Assembly: GCA_963843575.1 (NCBI GenBank)
Contig: CAWJKZ010000014.1
Coordinates: forward strand, 640,001-704,000
DNA: 64,000 bases
Source: an uncultured Acidobacteriota bacterium
Lineage (GTDB): Bacteria; Acidobacteriota; UBA6911
Direction: 5' to 3'
In this document: piece by piece, positions 62,066 through 64,000 of the stretch
How positions within the stretch are numbered: the stretch's first letter is position 1
How the letters are laid out: every line of letters begins with the position of its first letter
The notes under the pieces: generated by a model
Database searches by the model: none
What the model was told of the DNA's origin: nothing
The model's input: the letters and a program-made list of their open reading frames with translations, nothing else
Position numbers and translations under genes: made by a program

Positions 62066-62561
62066 ATGACCAAGAACCTCTATCGATGGGCTCTGCTCGC
62101 CGCATCGGCCGTCACCTTGGCGCTGCCGGCGCCGGCGTGGTCAGAGAACGCTCCTCAGAAACAGGTCCCGGGGCTCAAGCCGCCCCGTGGAGGCCCAGCT
62201 CGAGGCCGGAGTCCATTACGACTCCACCAATCGCCGGGACCCCTTTCTGAATCCCCTGCGGCTCAAGAAGGCGGCCGAGGATCTCAACGAAGAAGTGGGC
62301 CGCGGGGCACCCCCGCCGGGCATCTCCGGCATGTACATCGCCGAGGTGGTGCTGCTGGGGATTTCCTCGCGCGAGGACGGCCGCACGGCGGTTTTCCGCG
62401 GACCCGACAAACGGGCGTACTTCCTCCAATCGGGGGACAGGTTGTTCGACGGTTATCTCAAAGACATCGGGCCTGATTCCGTTCTGCTGATCCGCGAGAC
62501 CAAGCTGAGATCCGGGAAGGTACTCACCCAGGACGTTCAAAAGAGGCTCAGGACACCATAG
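62066..62561 (+). CDS. pilP: PilP-like protein (frameshift near 62180)
   Basis: Signal peptide; YDSTNRRDPF; between pilO and pilQ. Confidence 0.75.
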
Positions 62562-62570
62562 GGTTGCCGT

Positions 62571-64000
62571 ATGAAAATGCGATGTGTCGATTTCCAGTGA
62601 ATTGCTGGCCAACAAGCGCTCCGTGTTCTGGCGGCGGTCATCGTGATCTGCTGCCTGGCATCCGGCACGGCGGCTCTCGCCGAGGAGGCTGCCGGGCAGA
62701 AACTCCCCGGCAGGCCACCTCCGCCGCGCAGAGCAACGTGCCGCGTCCGACAGACGGCAGCGGCGCCCCTTCCCGTCAATCCTTCACCGGCGGGGCATCG
62801 TGAGCTCGCTCACCAATGTCACGACCGCGCAGGAAGAGGGCAGCCTGGTCGTCTCCGTGCCAACCACCGACGGCGCGGCCAAGACGCAGGAGTTCATCCT
62901 GAGCGACCCGCCACGGCTCGTCGTCGACCTGATCAATGTCGACAACAAGGCGCCGTTCTTCAATCTGCCGATCAACAGCGCCGGGGTCAAGCAGCTCCGA
63001 GTCCGACAGTTCCAGAGCACCGAGCCCAGGATCTCCCGGCTCGTCTTCGACCTGGACGCAGGCGCACGGCAGGCACGTCACGCAGTCGGAAGGCACGACG
63101 GTCCGAATCGTCTTCCACCCCAAGGCCAATCCGCCGCCGGGAGCCCCGCCGTCCTAAAGACGGCCGCCGGTGGTCGAGGCGGCCGAGAGCGCTGCCAAGA
63201 AGCCGGTCGCCGCCGAAGCGGTTCCTCCGCGACAGAACACCGCAGTCGCCCAGCTGGAGGCACGGCCCCGGCACGCGCGTCCGAGCAGACAGCCGTCGCA
63301 GCAAAACCCGCCGAAAAGAGAACCACGGTCCCGATCATCCGGGACCTGGCCGTGTCGGAGATCCCCCGCAGCGCGCTGTGCGTCCATCTGCCGGGACCGA
63401 AACCGCCAGCCAGCACCGGCCCCGGTCGCGGCCAAAGAAGCCCCGGCCCAACCGCCCCCGGTTCCGCTCCCGCTGCGCCGTCGCCCCTCCTCCTCCGCCT
63501 CTACGGGTGGGAGCTGCCGATGCGAGATTCTCAGGTCACCCGCTCACGCTCGACCTCATCGACATCTCCCTCGTCGACTTCTTCCGTCTGATGTCGGAAG
63601 AGGGAGGGATCAACGTCGTCATGGATCCGGAGATCAAGGGCAACCTGTCCATCAAGGTCGTTAAGGTCCCCTGGGACCAGATCTTCGAAGCCGCCATGAT
63701 GAACAACGGCCTCGACAAGCAGATCGACGGCAACCTCGTCCGGATCGCACGCAAGAGCACGCTCCAGGAAGAGGCAAAGCAGCGGGAGTCGACTCAAGAA
63801 GGCCAACCTCCTCGCCGCGGACCTGGAGACCAGGATCAAGCGCCTGAACTATGCGAAGGCGGCCGCGTTCATCCCGCCGCTCACGCGAGCAGAAGACCGT
63901 CCGCGGTACGGTGGTCGTCGACGAGCGGACCAATTCCCTGATCATCAGCGACATTCCGCAGTTCGGTCGAGCGCATGGTCCAACTGGTCGAAAGCCTCGA
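62571..64000 (+). CDS. pilQ: Type IV pilus secretin PilQ, 5' part (AMIN + N0/N1), frameshifted, runs off window
   Basis: LSDPPRLVVDL, RVRQFQ (AMIN); FSGHPLTLDL, VPWDQIF, LNYAKA, VVDERTNSLII. Confidence 0.9.

Noticed and set aside
1-64000. tRNA, rRNA, transposase, integrase or phage genes
   Set aside because: None recognised by eye; tRNAscan-SE and Infernal were not run

Overview
GC-rich bacterial DNA, most likely Acidobacteriota (inferred from an acidobacterial-type VWA protein and flagellin style). About 1-48.8 kb is one nearly complete flagellar supercluster. It holds nonulosonic-acid flagellin-glycosylation genes, two tandem short flagellins, fliD/S, csrA-fliW, flgL/K/N/M, a rod-binding+M23 FlgJ, flgI/H/A/G/F, fliN/M/A, flhG/F/A/B, fliR/Q/P/O/N/L, flgE/D, fliK/J/I/H/G/F/E, flgC/B, a FleS/FleR-like pair and a divergent FleQ-like activator. 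Seven sigma54 and four sigma28 promoters, two families of palindromic enhancers and CsrA hairpins can be read directly from the DNA. No motA/motB or che genes are in the window. The rest is housekeeping (argH, speA, efp, dedA, frr, pyrH, tsf, rpsB, rpsI, rplM) plus the start of a pilMNOPQ operon. Many genes, including essential rpsB, carry single-base frameshifts, which points to uncorrected long-read indels, so boundaries near those sites are approximate. The best candidate for an undescribed system is a c-di-GMP module built into the flagellar operons: an ATPase-less Zn-finger/MshEN protein coupled to a FipA-like protein, plus a GAF-GGDEF cyclase between flgE and fliL. Other leads are an unknown protein heading the sigma54 flgD-flgE operon and an in-frame 21-bp tandem repeat in the hook-length ruler FliK. 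All calls are by motif recognition; no database searches were run.
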